Assembly: GCA_905178155.1 (NCBI GenBank)
Contig: CAJINV010000003.1
Span: 1,122,204-1,186,203 of the forward strand
Direction: 5' to 3'
DNA from: Amoebophrya sp. A120
Lineage: Eukaryota > Protista > Dinoflagellata
DNA: 64,000 nucleotides
This document shows, piece after piece, positions 35,472 to 48,053 of this stretch; the first letter of the stretch is position 1; each line of letters opens with the position of its first letter. A program made the translations under genes and the position numbers. Below the pieces are notes generated by a model. It was not told where the DNA came from. It made no database searches and was given only the letters and a program-made list of their open reading frames with translations.

Positions 35472-38130
35472 TCACTTGCCTGCCATTTCGTTGAAAAAAC
35501 CGGGCAGTGAAATTGAAGACTCTAGATCGTTAAGCTGCTCCATCTTGTCCAAGCACAGATTGTTCGTTAGCTTTTGGATGTGGATGCCCAACTCCAGCAT
35601 CTGCTCCAGCATGGCTCCGTCTTGCCCCGGACACACCGAGCTCACTTCTTTCAGCGCGGACGCCGTGTCAGTCAGGGACCGCTTACTCGTTTTGATCACT
35701 TCCATCAACCCGAGAAAGGCGCCGCTTTTCGCTAGTGGAAAGGGACAGGCCTCCGCGACGTCCAGCATCGTAGACGCAGCTACGAGGACGCCCTTCCGCA
35801 AGATCGCCCGTTCCTCTTCCACGTCGTCCTGTCCGCGCTCAGAAGACAAGCTCGTCAGTAGCGCTTCCCGTGTGGTCAGATCGCGGAGGAGTGCTTTGTT
35901 CTGCGCGAGGTTTGCCTCCAGCCGGACCAGCTTCCCTTCGAGGGTCGACTGTCGCTCCAAGTGCGTGATGCGCGTGCGCCGGTTGGTTTCCTGAAAGTTC
36001 TGCAAATCCCGAATCTGAGTATGCACTTGCCGTGTCAGGAGTTCGTTGCTGCTTTGCGCCTGCAACTCCAGTTGGTCGCCCGATTCCTGCAAGTGTGGAT
36101 ACGTTGTTTGGATCATTGAAGCAAACGCTAAGGCACAGTACTTGCTCCTGTTGTGCCCGTGCATTGACAGTTTTCTAGGTGCACGCACGTGCCCGAGCCC
36201 AACACGATGCAAAAAGAAAACGAAGTAGAAGATAGAAATTTGCAGTACCAGCAGCATGGTCATTTGCTGATCTGAAAGCGTGAGGTCGCGACCGATCCTC
36301 GCAATTTCGATCTTGAGGTGCGAGATTTCCAGCTGGGACTTCGCGATGTCCTGCCGCATAGCCGTGATTTGTTTCGAAACCTGATTGGACATGTCCTTGA
36401 TGGCGTAATTTTCACCCCCGCCGCCCTTCCCCCCGCCTTGCTGCAGCCCATCGCCGCCAGCACCCCCGCCCGACAGCGCAAGGGCGGATGCCTTGTGCTT
36501 CCCCAGCATCCGGAGTCGGTTGTTCAGTTGCGTTTGTCGCTTCTTCAGGGTCCCGCCGCGCGCTCCGTACTCCTCGATTAGGTCGGAGTCGCGCAAAGTT
36601 CCGGAAACGCCCCACTTCGCGTTCACCGCCAGCATATCCAGCGCCAACTCCCCGTTTTCGAGTAAAGGCCCGTACCAGGGGACGGGCGACTGTTGATCTA
36701 CTTCCACGCCTGCGTCTCTATTTCCGCTTTTATTCGCACCACCCCCGACACCCCGCCCACCCGCGGCACCGGCATTCGCTGCTCCGCCCACCTCCTGTGG
36801 CACAAACGCGTTCCGGGAGCCATAGATGGTCGCGGCCGCCTCCCCCCAGACGAACAGCCGCCCGCTCACGGTCGTCGCGCAGCTGCTCCGCCCGTTCGCC
36901 GCAATCCGCTGGACCGCCTCGCCGCCGAAGAAGCTCGGGGAGAGCAGCTCCGGGTTCCGCACCACGAACTGCGCCTTGTCAAAGTGCGTCAAGGGGACCC
37001 CGAGCTGACCCGACTTGCCCTTGCCCCACGCGAACACCTGCCCGTCCGCGGTGAGCGCGAGACTGTGGTCGGTGCCGCACGCGATCTGGATATCAAATGC
37101 AAAAATGTCTGGGTCTGGAAGAATGCAACTTGTCATGCTAAATTTTTTTATTTTTTTTTGCTAGGCAATTCGCACGCAGTTTTCAGTTTTCAGGAGCGCC
37201 CCGCGGTCGGAATACTTCTGGCGGTAGACGTGGACCAGGGATTTTGCGGCTTCGCGCCGCGACGACCAAATGGGGTCCCATCACCCCCCCTCCGCTTTCG
37301 AGAATCTCGTTTGTGCGTGCGTGCTGCAAAAGTTCGACATCGGTGGTCGACAGAACATCGAGATCAAGCTCGAAGGGAAAAAAAGCAACGGCCACAAACG
37401 AAAATCATCGGCGAGGATCCGCGGAGCCGGTGTGGGGGTACATACCGCACCAGAACGCGCGGATTCGTTTTTCTTCACGTGTCGAGCCGTAAGCAGCGGC
37501 ACACGCCACATCTCTTCATCTTGCAGCGTCCGGAAAGATGTGCTTTGGGGGCATAGCAGTGCGGGGGGATACTATCTACACCGGCTGAGCTGAGCCTGAA
37601 TTTGTCATGCAAATTTTTGGTTTTTGAATTATATAGCGGCCTTCTTCTAGAGCTAACAAGTCACCCAGTCAAAGCGGTCGGTTTTCGCTAAATCCGAATC
37701 ATGCTAAATCCGAATCATGCAAAAATCCGTGTTGCATGATTACCAAAAGAGGCCCACTTTTGAACAAGTTTAGAGGCAGTTTCTCATGCAGAATAGGCAT
37801 GGGAGAGAACTCACAGACTCTGTCATGCTAGGTCCCGCATTCCAGACCTCAAGGGTCATGGAAAACCTGCATGACAAGTCCACACTCTTCCAGACCCAGA
37901 CACTTTTGCAGGTGATACTGGATGCAGTGCAGCATTTTGGCGTCCTTGCGGATGGTGTTGATCAGCCCCGGCTTCGGGTCGAAGTCGTTCAGCCCCGCAT
38001 TCCCCCGCCCGATCTGCTCCTGACTGCCCCAGCTGTAGATCAACCCGTCATCGGAGAGTAACAGCACGTGGTTGGCACCGCACTCGACCTGCGCCACCAG
38101 CGGCGCGTCGGTGTCCGGGGTGCCGGCCAT
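35472..38130 (-). CDS. RCC1-repeat protein with C-terminal coiled coil
   Basis: Exons 38130-37919, 37086-36249 and 36086-35472. RCC1 repeats 'QVECGANHVLLLSDDGLIYSWG', 'IQIACGTDHSLALTADGQVFAWGKGKSGQLG', 'RIAANGRSSCATTVSGRLFVWG'. Intron 1 is an introner; intron 2 (162 bp, GT-AG) is stop-free and in frame. Confidence 0.85.
37091..37917. mobile_element. 827-bp TIR element (introner) forming intron 1 of the RCC1-repeat gene
   Basis: ~49-bp TIRs TATCA..TGCAAAA.TGTCTGGGTCTGGAAGA...ACTTGTCATGC (29 of the first 32 nt identical); direct repeat CTGGA at 37086-37090 and 37918-37922. Excision restores ...MLHCIQIACGTDH.... No transposase ORF seen. Confidence 0.9.
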
Positions 38131-39023
38131 TGTTCCGGCACAAGGACGCCAGGAATTATGTGATCACCGCGGCGAGGACTGGCGCGAATCGTCGATCAGA
38201 TGGATCTTCTGCCCCAAGTAGCTCCTCGGCGGATGCAATGGTTCTCGAGCTATACGTTTGCAGTCGTCGGGAAGTGATCTTACCGTTTTCTATTCGCTGT
38301 GACGCATTGACCGACAATGTTTCTTTGAGTCTAAGAAGATGTTTTTCTTTCTGTCGCGTCGTCCTGTACTTAGTGTACGTGTAGCGCAGTTTCACCGGAC
38401 AAACGCAGCGTATGGCATACACGCTGCAACACTCTCAAAGACAATCAAAGTTTCAGTTGTCGACTCGCCCAATAGACACATTTCTCGGCCCACGGTCACT
38501 GTGTGCGCGCTAGCGAAACAGTTTTGTACAGGGTTCAACTCATCATCATCTTGTTCCGAGTAGGTTACATTCGGGCCGTGCCGCGTGATCTGAGCAGCCA
38601 GTTGTTCATCGCAACCGAAACCGAAAAATCGCTTTTGCTGGCCCCTCGAGAGATGCAGATTCGTCTCTCAACTATTGCACAGTAAGAGGCTACTGAAACG
38701 TGGACTCGAAAACGAAAGAAGCCTACCGTTACGTAAAACATCTTGTCTGCTTGCGATGATTATCATAAAGAGGCTGAAGCAGTGTGTAGATCTACTACTT
38801 CGTGTACATTAGTACTGAGATAAAGTTAGAAGTGTATAAAGGCTAAAGCTTGAAACTTTGTTACATTTTTTTGCAGAAACTAGCTCCAGTTCTTCAGTCT
38901 ATCTTACCACAACGTGAAGCGCAAAATAAAACTCGTTGTATCTTCGATTTTTGTGAAACTCATTTGATTTCTTCGTACGGTGTGCGAAGCAAGTGCTGAA
39001 AAGCAACCGATGCCTCACTAGTT

Positions 39024-42000
39024 CTAGCTTTTCACCTGAGTCTTGGAAGGACTGTTGGACGCTCCTGCCCCGGCAAGAACGTTGTGTTCCGCAACTTGCT
39101 CCGCGAGGGTCGCTAGCAAGGACTGCCCGTAGTTCTTGCTCTTCGGTTTCTCCGGAGATGTGCTTCGCGCACGCAGAGCCGGCATTTCCTCGACAGGCAA
39201 CCCGAGCCCAAGCATCTTTTGCATGGATGGCCGTGACATGTTTTGTGATGTCATGACGCGGTTTGGCGCAAAGTGGTCTGCAGAGTGCATGTTGTTCATC
39301 GTGGGTGCTGGCATAGTGGTGCTGGGACGCGCACCAGAGCCTCCCGCGACGCCGTGCCGTCTCTGCGAAGATGAACTCCGGTGCGTACTGCGCGAGGACG
39401 CTGCTGGTGCCACGCGTCGGAAAAACTCGGCCGCAGAGCCTTGATTCAGGTGGAAGCGCGCCGTCGCGCCGGCCCCGTCGCTTTTGCCGGCGTCTCCGCG
39501 CTCTAACGGGTCTTCTAAAAAGCAGCGCAACACCCCGTCCCCGCCCGCGAAGAAAATGTGTCGCCGGCCCGCCAAAATGGCTTCCGCCACGGCGTACACC
39601 GGGGCTGATTTCCGGTGGTAGTTGACCAAATCGCCGTTTTTGATCAGTCCCACCTCGGTCCCACCGTACACCGTAGTGGAGACGGGAATCGCGTCGGGAT
39701 CGCGAAAATTGAACTTCTTGTCCAGCAACATGCTGCTGTTCAAACCTCCACCTGCGGCTTGACCACTCCGCGTTCCGGTAGATGAAGTTGCTGGCGTTCC
39801 GCCCGACGCGAGCTCGATTGGCTTCGCCTCCAACACGCAGTACAGCGCGCATGGCAGGCCAAATTCGTGCAGGCATTCGTAGGTAAGGGAGTTCTTTTTC
39901 CGGTTTTGCAACTCCTCTTGGAATTGGGACATGATCATGCCAGAAGTTTGTTCAAGTTGTTGCTGCGCCGCATCACCACCATCTTTAATATTTTCTCCTG
40001 TTGTACTATCCGTATTCATCTTGTTCACGCTCTTGCGGCGGCGCGGCGGCTTTTTCAGGAGCTTGATCTCTTTTGTATGCTCCATGGAGGATTCGAGCGC
40101 GACGGTGCTGGGGTGGGTCAAGGACGGCTCGGGGTCTATGAGAAGGTCCACCTCATCGTCATACAGTGTCTGCTGCTTCGAGAAGGACGAGTCCAGCAAT
40201 CCACGGGTGTGCTTCTGATCCTTCAATTTCCAGAAGCTGATGGTGCCGTCGGCCGTGCAGGCGGCGACGCGAAACGGCTTGGTTTTCTTGGGCTTGTTTT
40301 TCGGCTTGTTCCGCGTGCTAGGCAAATGCAACGAGCCACCATCCATACCGACGACACGAATCGATGTTTCTTGTGTTACGAGAAAGTCGTTTTGCCGCTT
40401 CTTCCTTTTCTTCCGCTTCAGTGAACTGCTTCGCCGCCGAGTGCTCGCGTTCGCATTTTCTTGCCGCGAACTTCGTGCGGACCCGCGTCTAGATGTCGGG
40501 GAAGGAAGATTTTCCTTGCCGTGCGGCAATGACGGATTTCCCTCAAAATCCGTGAAATCGGCGCTATGCTCTCCGTCCGTATCGTCTCCGTCGGTATCCG
40601 TCCGGTCGGTCACCGATAATTGCTGACTACGATTAGGGTTGAACTTAGCTGGAGAGCTCCTTGCATTCTGCGCACTAGAAGCACTATCCTCGCTGGTGAG
40701 CGCGACGAGCCCGGTGATTTTCGCGGACGGAATCTCCATCGTGCGCCCGAAATTCGCCATGCACTCCGCCGGCCCCGAGTCACGCAACCGCAGCGCGACG
40801 ATGCCTCCGCCGGAAGCCAACCCAACGAGCAGTATTTTGTCTTGCCGCATCAGCAGCAGCTTCTGCGGCTCGCGCTCGAAACGGTACTCCACTCCCTCGC
40901 GCTCCAGCTTCTTGCGCTCTTTCTTCTTCTCTTCCTTTTCCGCTTTGACGCGCGCCTCGATCGGGTTCCGCACGATGCCCCGTGCTTTGTCGCGCTGCGC
41001 GATGAGGGAGAGTTGAGGCTTCGGCGGTGGTTTATTCGGCTTATGAGGAGATGAGATGTGGTGCTGCGGTGAGGACAAAGCATCGGCACCATCAGCTTCT
41101 TCGACGAAACCCACCGCTCGCTGCACCACAAGTTTGATCTTCGAGTTCTCGTCAGCCGCCGTGGTGTTCAACAATAAACCAGCTTTGTTTCTACTAGACC
41201 GCAATGATGTTGACGGAGTTGCCGTGGTCGTTGTGTTCCTCCTACTTTTACTAGGATGCTGCAGCACAGTTGCGGCGAGGCAGTCGCCCCGGCTCTGCGG
41301 ACGACTTTTCACTGGTTCGTCCAATTCGTCGTCACTCTGCCCCGGGAGATCATGACCCCCCGGCCCCACCAGGTTGTGTTTCTGCATATGTTCATCTCTT
41401 GCGTCCTCTTCGCCCGCGTCATCAAAATCGGCATCTTCGAGCAGCGATGCGCTGACTACGGGCGTTTTTCCCCGCGGCGCGGCGTCGCGCCCGCGACTCG
41501 TCACGTTGCGCTTCGGCGGAAGACTGCTGCGCTGGTCCTTCTTCGTCGTGAATTCTTTCTCTACTTCACCCGCTTTCGGCGAGCCGGCGCGCATCGAGCT
41601 GCTGCGCAGAGCCGCGATGGCTGTGCGAGTAGCCGCAATGGCAGGATTCGCATTCGAGGACGAGTGCACCGGTCGGGTTCCTACGGTTGACGTTGTTTCC
41701 TTGTTTGATGTTCCCGCGGGTTCTGAAGAACCGCCGACCGGGTCTTTCCACTGCGGCTTGCGGGTGCGCTGCGTCCGAGTTTGCTCATACACCGCTAACA
41801 GCTCCTCCAACGGAAGGGTCGGTGCGATCTTCTTGTAGAACTTAGCCGCATCGGGGTTGCTGCTGTTCCTGTACTCCTTCGCCACTTCGGCCAGCGTTTG
41901 CCCGCCCGCCGTGCGGATCATGTTCATCGTGGCGCGCAGGCTCTTGCGCAACGATTCGTCGCAGTTCGCGAGCATGGCGGCGAACCGATGGCTGTCTTGC

Positions 42001-44611
42001 TCAATGTCCTGCAACACCCGGTTCTGTTCCTGCCACCGACTCCAGAGCTCAGCCGCGGCTTCGCGCTTTCTGCGCCGTCGACGCAGCTCGTCCTCCGTTA
42101 GCGGGCGCAGAATTTCGCCGTCCAGCACCTGAGAAACATCACGAGTTGCTTGTTTAGTACTTGCGCCAGTGTCAAAAATACTGAAAGCGCGTAAGCATTG
42201 GCATCTGAGTAAATGATCGGTGTCAGAACAGCCATCGAGAAAAACATGCATCGTATCGACCATTTCACGAGCAGGTATCACAATGAATGAAAAATCTAAA
42301 GTACATTTTCCAAAACTGGTGGCGGTGGCGGCGTCAGGGCCCGAGCGGGAGTGCGAAGTTGCTTTCGACGACCCGGCTCCGACGCACGACGCTCTCGCAC
42401 GCTAAGCGGTGGGTAGTCACTGAATGCCGAATCCGCGGGCGAGTCCCGCGGCAACTTCAGTTTCGCCGGTGATGGCATTTGCGGTCCTCCCCGCCTGGCA
42501 TCTGCTAATGCCGCGACAACTGATCTAGCCCGATCAGTTGCGTTCGCGGCGGGTCGGCCACGAGCTTTATTACCTTCCTTCGCAAGCTTCGTATCTTTCT
42601 TGCTCCCACCACCAACTGTTACCACACGGCCCGCGGCCTCCGACAAGGCAGTGGCTTTCTGCTTCGCCTTCCGAGCGTCGTCGTCGTGCAACGCAGCATC
42701 GCACAATTGCATTCTCCGCAGTGTTTTGTCGCTCCCTATGGAGAAAACGGACTTGCGCTCCGCACTGCACACGAGGTGGCGCAAAGGATGTGTCTCGTGG
42801 GGCAGCACTCGGGCCAATGGGCGTAGCTCTTCGTCCGGAAAAAGATCCTCGTCCCACCGTAATCGTCTCCACTTCGGTTTGTCGATTTTCTTTCTCGCTT
42901 TGCTTTCTTCGGCATTTTGCGCTCTCATCTCTTTGCTTCGCTGATTCTTCTTCCGCTTTGGCGGGGGTACACCAACGACCATTGCAGTAGCCTGCTCTAC
43001 TGTTTTTCGCTTTTTCTTTCCTTTCTTAGCACTCTTCTTCTTCGCATCCTTGTCGTGTCCCACTCTAGCACCGTCCGCTGTGTGTGCATCCTCGCCCGAA
43101 GTGTCTCCGCCCGCACTGGAAGACGAAGACATGGACTTCTCGTCGTGCGAAAACAGTGTGGACGCGTCGCTGCCAGCCGTTGACGAGCGGCGCATGCGTC
43201 TCCGCAGGCTCGCGCCGGCCGGATCTTCGCCCCAAAAGCGATGGTAGATGCCGTCGCGAATCACCGTGTCGTCGCTGTCCGCGTCGCTGCTGACGGATTC
43301 AGCGTCCGTCAGCTGGACTTTGTTGTCTTGCAGCTCCACCCCCTGAATGCTGTATTCCGCGGCTGCGTCTGTCGCTACAGGCCCGGGGCTCGCCGGCAAA
43401 TCTGTGGTCTCCTTCTTGCCAGATGAATTTTCGTTGTCTTCACGTTGCCTAGTTGCTTCAACGTGTGGTTCAACACGGTCTCTACCTTGCTGTTGCTCGA
43501 CACTATCGGTCCTCGCGCTCGCTGAAGTTGTAGATTTTCGTCTCTCTTCCTTCCCACGGACGGTCGGCTGCGTGCTGTCCGGCTCTTCGCAAGACGAGGA
43601 GGACGAACTCGACGGTACGGCCGTGCTTGCTAGTTCCAGTGTTCCCCACCGTTCCACGAAGGAAGCCTCGTCGGCCTTCAGTTCGCCCGCGATGTAGAAT
43701 TCCTCCAGCTTTTTCTTCTCCTTTCGACGTTCCGGAATGAAAATAGTACCCTCCACAAACTCCTCTGCATCCTCTGCCTCCGGGTCCAGAAACAGCGGAA
43801 AGCGGCCCTCTTTCGACAACCGGCTCTTCGTGGTTGCGGATGAAATACCGTACCGGCTGTCGTACTCCTCAATGGACTCCTGCTCTTGCAATGGCTGCCC
43901 GGCTAGGTGTACTGGGGGTTGTTCTCCTGCTTCATCGCTCGGCTTCTTCAACATCTCGGCAACATCTTCGCCTTCTGCACCGATTCCGCGCTGATCTGCT
44001 GATCTCGGGGGGAAGACCGCATCGTTTGCAACTTCTCCTCTGCGGGGCCCGGCAGGATTCTCATTCTCCTGCTCGAGATCATTGTGAAAAATCAGCGGTC
44101 CTTGCTTGGATGAGCTCAAGCCTGCGGGTGGAATCCGCAGCTGCTCAGAACTCGGGACGCGATAGTTCGCCAGCTCCTCACTGCCCTGCCGCGTTTTCAA
44201 CTGCACCATCAGTTTTTCGAAGTGCCTTTTCCTGCGCCCGAGCTTGTTTTGTTGCAGCAACGGGGCCACATCCCAGCACAAGAGACACCCATCCTCTCCG
44301 CCGGAGTAGAGGTAGATAGGCTTGTCTACTTCCGCAAGCTCCGACACCGCGGTCGGTGGCTTCTTCAGAACTGACGTCGAAGAAGATGACGCCGACTTGC
44401 TTGCTGTCGCTGGAAGCCGCTCGGGGAGCACTTGCAGTCCGGTGATCGGCTTGCTGTGTCCCTGTAGGATGCCTACCGGATGCCGCAAGTCAGTCAAACC
44501 GTAGACGACGATGGCGCCACTACCGGTGCCGACAAAAATGTGCCCTTCTTCCACCAGTAGAACGTGGATGCTCTCCTGCGGGGGCCATACACGCGTCTCG
44601 GATATCAGCAT
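39024..44611 (-). CDS. Large WD40-like repeat protein with long low-complexity insertions
   Basis: Two long ORFs joined by a GT-AG intron (~42129-42304). WD40 blades 'GHSKPITGLQV...YLYSGGEDGCLLCWDV', 'VFSIGSDKTLRRMQL', 'VAACTADGTISFWKL', 'IFFAGGDGVLRCF'. Confidence 0.75.
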
Positions 44612-45905
44612 GTTTTCTCAGCGAAAGTGAATAAGTATTCACATGATTACGTCTCTACCTCGAGACTCGCGTCGGCGCATCGCAACAACGTACTGAAACG
44701 AAGTGCGTCAAAAGCTTGTGTGCGGAATTCACGCTATAAATTTTAGGTGAAATAAATGGAATGTCAGAAATGGCTTTGTGATGCTCTGGGCAGGAACGAA
44801 AGGTCGATAAGGCCGAACCGCAGTGACGGACACGTCAAAGTCAGCGAAGAAACGGGTCGAGCAGGCACTTCTGCTTGAGAAGACCTGCTGCCAAAATTCC
44901 GCTCTCTGTTCGAACCCATACTGGTCTCACTCTTCGCCTCACCCATCGCTCGTAGCGTCAAATCCCTCCTTTCAGTGCCAAGACGCGGACATCTTCGTGC
45001 GTAGCAGATGAAAACCAACATCGGGACGCACCGACGCATCCCTGAGAGCCTCAGCTGCGGAGTCCGAGATTAAAGATTGAGATAGCGGAAAATTTCAATT
45101 TGAAAAACGAAAAATAAAAGAAACAGAATTTCACAAGAAAGTACATTCCGGTTCCGGAAGCTCAAAATACAAACGAAAAACAAACCAACGAGGCTGCGAT
45201 AACGTTTCACAGTCCGTCGTCTTTGTTTTTTTGAACGGTAAAAGACTTACTTGCTACACCTCCACGGAATGCCACCTATACGAAGTACGACGGTAAAAAT
45301 GAACCACAAGAAGATGCTAAGTGAGTAGATACGTCAGAGCTTTTTGGATTTGAGTTAACCATTCCATGTCAAACTGGTGACAAATAGTTCTACGGCGAAG
45401 CTAATGATCGCAAGAACCTACTGTGTAAAAAGCATCGTGACACCTGTTTGGTGGAGCCAAAACAGTTGCAACGTAAAATTCTTTTTCAAGAACGTAATTG
45501 AGTAAAAGTGAAGTTTCATTTTGAACAATCGAAGAAGCTCGTGGTTTACAAAGTTCTGAAGATTCCTAGTACGTTTTTAGAGTGTGACTTTATTCTGCAA
45601 AGGTACGTTAAGTAAGACTGGGACTACAAGATAGTTAAGTAAGTTCTGTGCGGCAAGACGTAAAAGTCGCCTCCTACTCAAAAATATTGAGGGTTTTTCT
45701 ACTAGCACGATGCAAATTGATCACGATCGCAAATCAGTTCAAACGAGTTCTGTGATTTTGACTGTCTTGGAGAGCTACAAGCAACATGACTAAAAGTTTA
45801 TTTGGCTGGCTACGGGAAGTAGAATCAATGCAATACTTGTTCCGGAAACTGTATATTCTGCTTCAAAATTGTCCATGATAATTTTTGGTCGTGCCTCACG
45901 ACAAG

Positions 45906-48053
45906 CTAGCTGTCTTCAATGTCCTCCTCCTGCAGAGAAGCCTCCGACTCGCTCTCGTCTTCACCCTCGAGAATACCTGTCGTGGATGAAATTGGAATTT
46001 TTCGGAACCAATGCATGAAACGAAAAACAACTGCATGACTCGACAGTTATCCGTGTGACGCTAGTAGATGATGACATGTTGTTTCGCTTCTCGTCACAAT
46101 TCCTCAGCAAGAGCACAAAACGAAGACCAAGACAGGAGAAATGAGATTGATATAACGAGTAGATTATACCTTCGCCAAACGGTACTTGCTTGTTGATTTT
46201 CTGTGCCAAAACGTTGGGCTCTAGTGGCCAGGAATCCACGTTGTACGGGTTCGCGCCAGCACCCGTACCGACGTCCCACAAGTCACCATATGCGTCTTCG
46301 TCCTCGTCCGCAAGTGGCGGTGGTGGCACTGATGTGAGAGTGAGAGCAGTTGTGACAGTAAGCATTTACATTTTATCTCTCAACGATTATATTCTCAGCG
46401 ATTCCATTCCGAATCCGATTTTGATTTTCTACAGAAAAAATAAAGAATCGCTGCGCAGTCATCAACCTGGTTGACTCCCGTACGCGTACACTAGTAAAGT
46501 AGCGTGATCAAGATCATAATTGAAGAGGACTCTCAACGTCAAGAAAAGGAAGAAACCCAAAGCCAAACCACTAAATTTTACTGAAAATCTCTCCCGCGGG
46601 GTGTTTCTGTTTGGTAATTTCGATGGGTGAGTCGCCAAAGGTTTCCGTGTGCTTGAAAAATTGGCGCTGCTGTTTCGCGATCAAGGCCCAGCGCATGGCG
46701 CGCATCCGCTCCGCGTTCAATTTTTCGCCCGTAGACTTGAGCTTCTCCGTCTGGCATATTAGAGTTTGAGCTTTGATGACTTGTTCGTAATGTTGACTTA
46801 TACACTTGCATGTACAACGGGAAGCATCACGATCAACGCGTAGTGAGACGATGGCAGCTATGCGCAAAACAGAAGCTCGATGTCGATGGCATCAACAAAA
46901 CTTTCGTGTGTGTTCATAATAAATCATTCTGTACCAGTAACTGCACGGCTCGGCTCTCCGCGGACTCTCCGTAGCCCTCCGCGCATTCCCGCAATCGTGC
47001 TTCTGCTCGGGCGGCGAGCTGCCGTTCGTTCCACAGGTGTTGACGTGAGAGTTTTAGTTGGGAGGTCAGATTCGTCACCTGCGCATCCCGACTGCGCAGC
47101 TTCTGGTTGAGTGTTTCCACCGTGGAGCGCATTGCCTGCAGCTCCTTCTCGGACCCGCTCTTGGTGGAACTCGTACGTTTCAGCTCCTGCATCGTGTCGT
47201 AGGCAAAGTCTTTCGTTCTCTGCTCGTCGCTGGGCGTCAAAGTCTTCTTTGGCGGGTTGGCGAACCGCAAACAGTCCCAACTTTCTGTCTGGACATGGAG
47301 GGTCCTGGTTCCGTGGTACACATCAAAACTCGTGCCGACCTCACACGTCTTCTTGCTGGTACTGGCAGTCGCCGTCTTGGCTAGTCGGTCCATCTTGCGT
47401 AGTAGCAGTTGCGTCCTGTTGGAGTAGTGGAAAATTAAAATTTTCATTTTTCATCCGTAACCGTATTTCTCCCCTGCATAAGGCAGTAGAAAAAGAGCTG
47501 ACGAGGACCAAAGCGTGACAGAATTCTCTTCAGAAGTCATCTTCAACATCGTCAAAAAAATTTATAGTCAACAGCACTATGCTGCTGCAGGTACAAATTA
47601 CCTTGGAGATGCCTTCTCTTCGCTCAGATCCGTGATGCTATCCTCGTCGAGGTCCTTGTCTAGCGGGCTCGGCAGCGCATCTATCTTGTAACTCCGCCCT
47701 CGCGGCCAACACCACGACAGCTTCCGTCTTCTCCGCTTCGAAGATGATTGCGCAAACGCGAATTCCTCCGCCAGTGTTGTCTTCTCTGGACCGCTTGATG
47801 CATGGTTGTGTGCTTGCTTATAACTTGACTTAGTGGACGAAGACGACATGATCCTGCCCGGTCGGCTGCTGCTGCTACTTGCAGTGCTCGCGGACTGCGC
47901 TTCCTGACCACTCGAGGACGACGTTGTTGAGAACGCGGTCGTGAATTGTGGTGCGTTCAAGTCTTCAAAATTTCCTCCGACTCTGGTATCCGAGTACCTC
48001 ACCTCGCTGCCGGGGCGCGTCACGGATCGCGAACCGCTGCGAAACACTCCCAT
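45906..48053 (-). CDS. Hypothetical coiled-coil protein with acidic C-terminus
   Basis: Five exons join in frame by GT-AG introns (SPR|TQLL, QLL|TEKL, EIFM|PPPP, GEG|ILEG), ending in TAG at 45908-45906. Start uncertain. Confidence 0.65.

Noticed and set aside
36087-36248. Hydrophobic segment in the RCC1 ORF read as a TM helix
   Set aside because: It is a stop-free 162-bp GT-AG intron interrupting a coiled coil.
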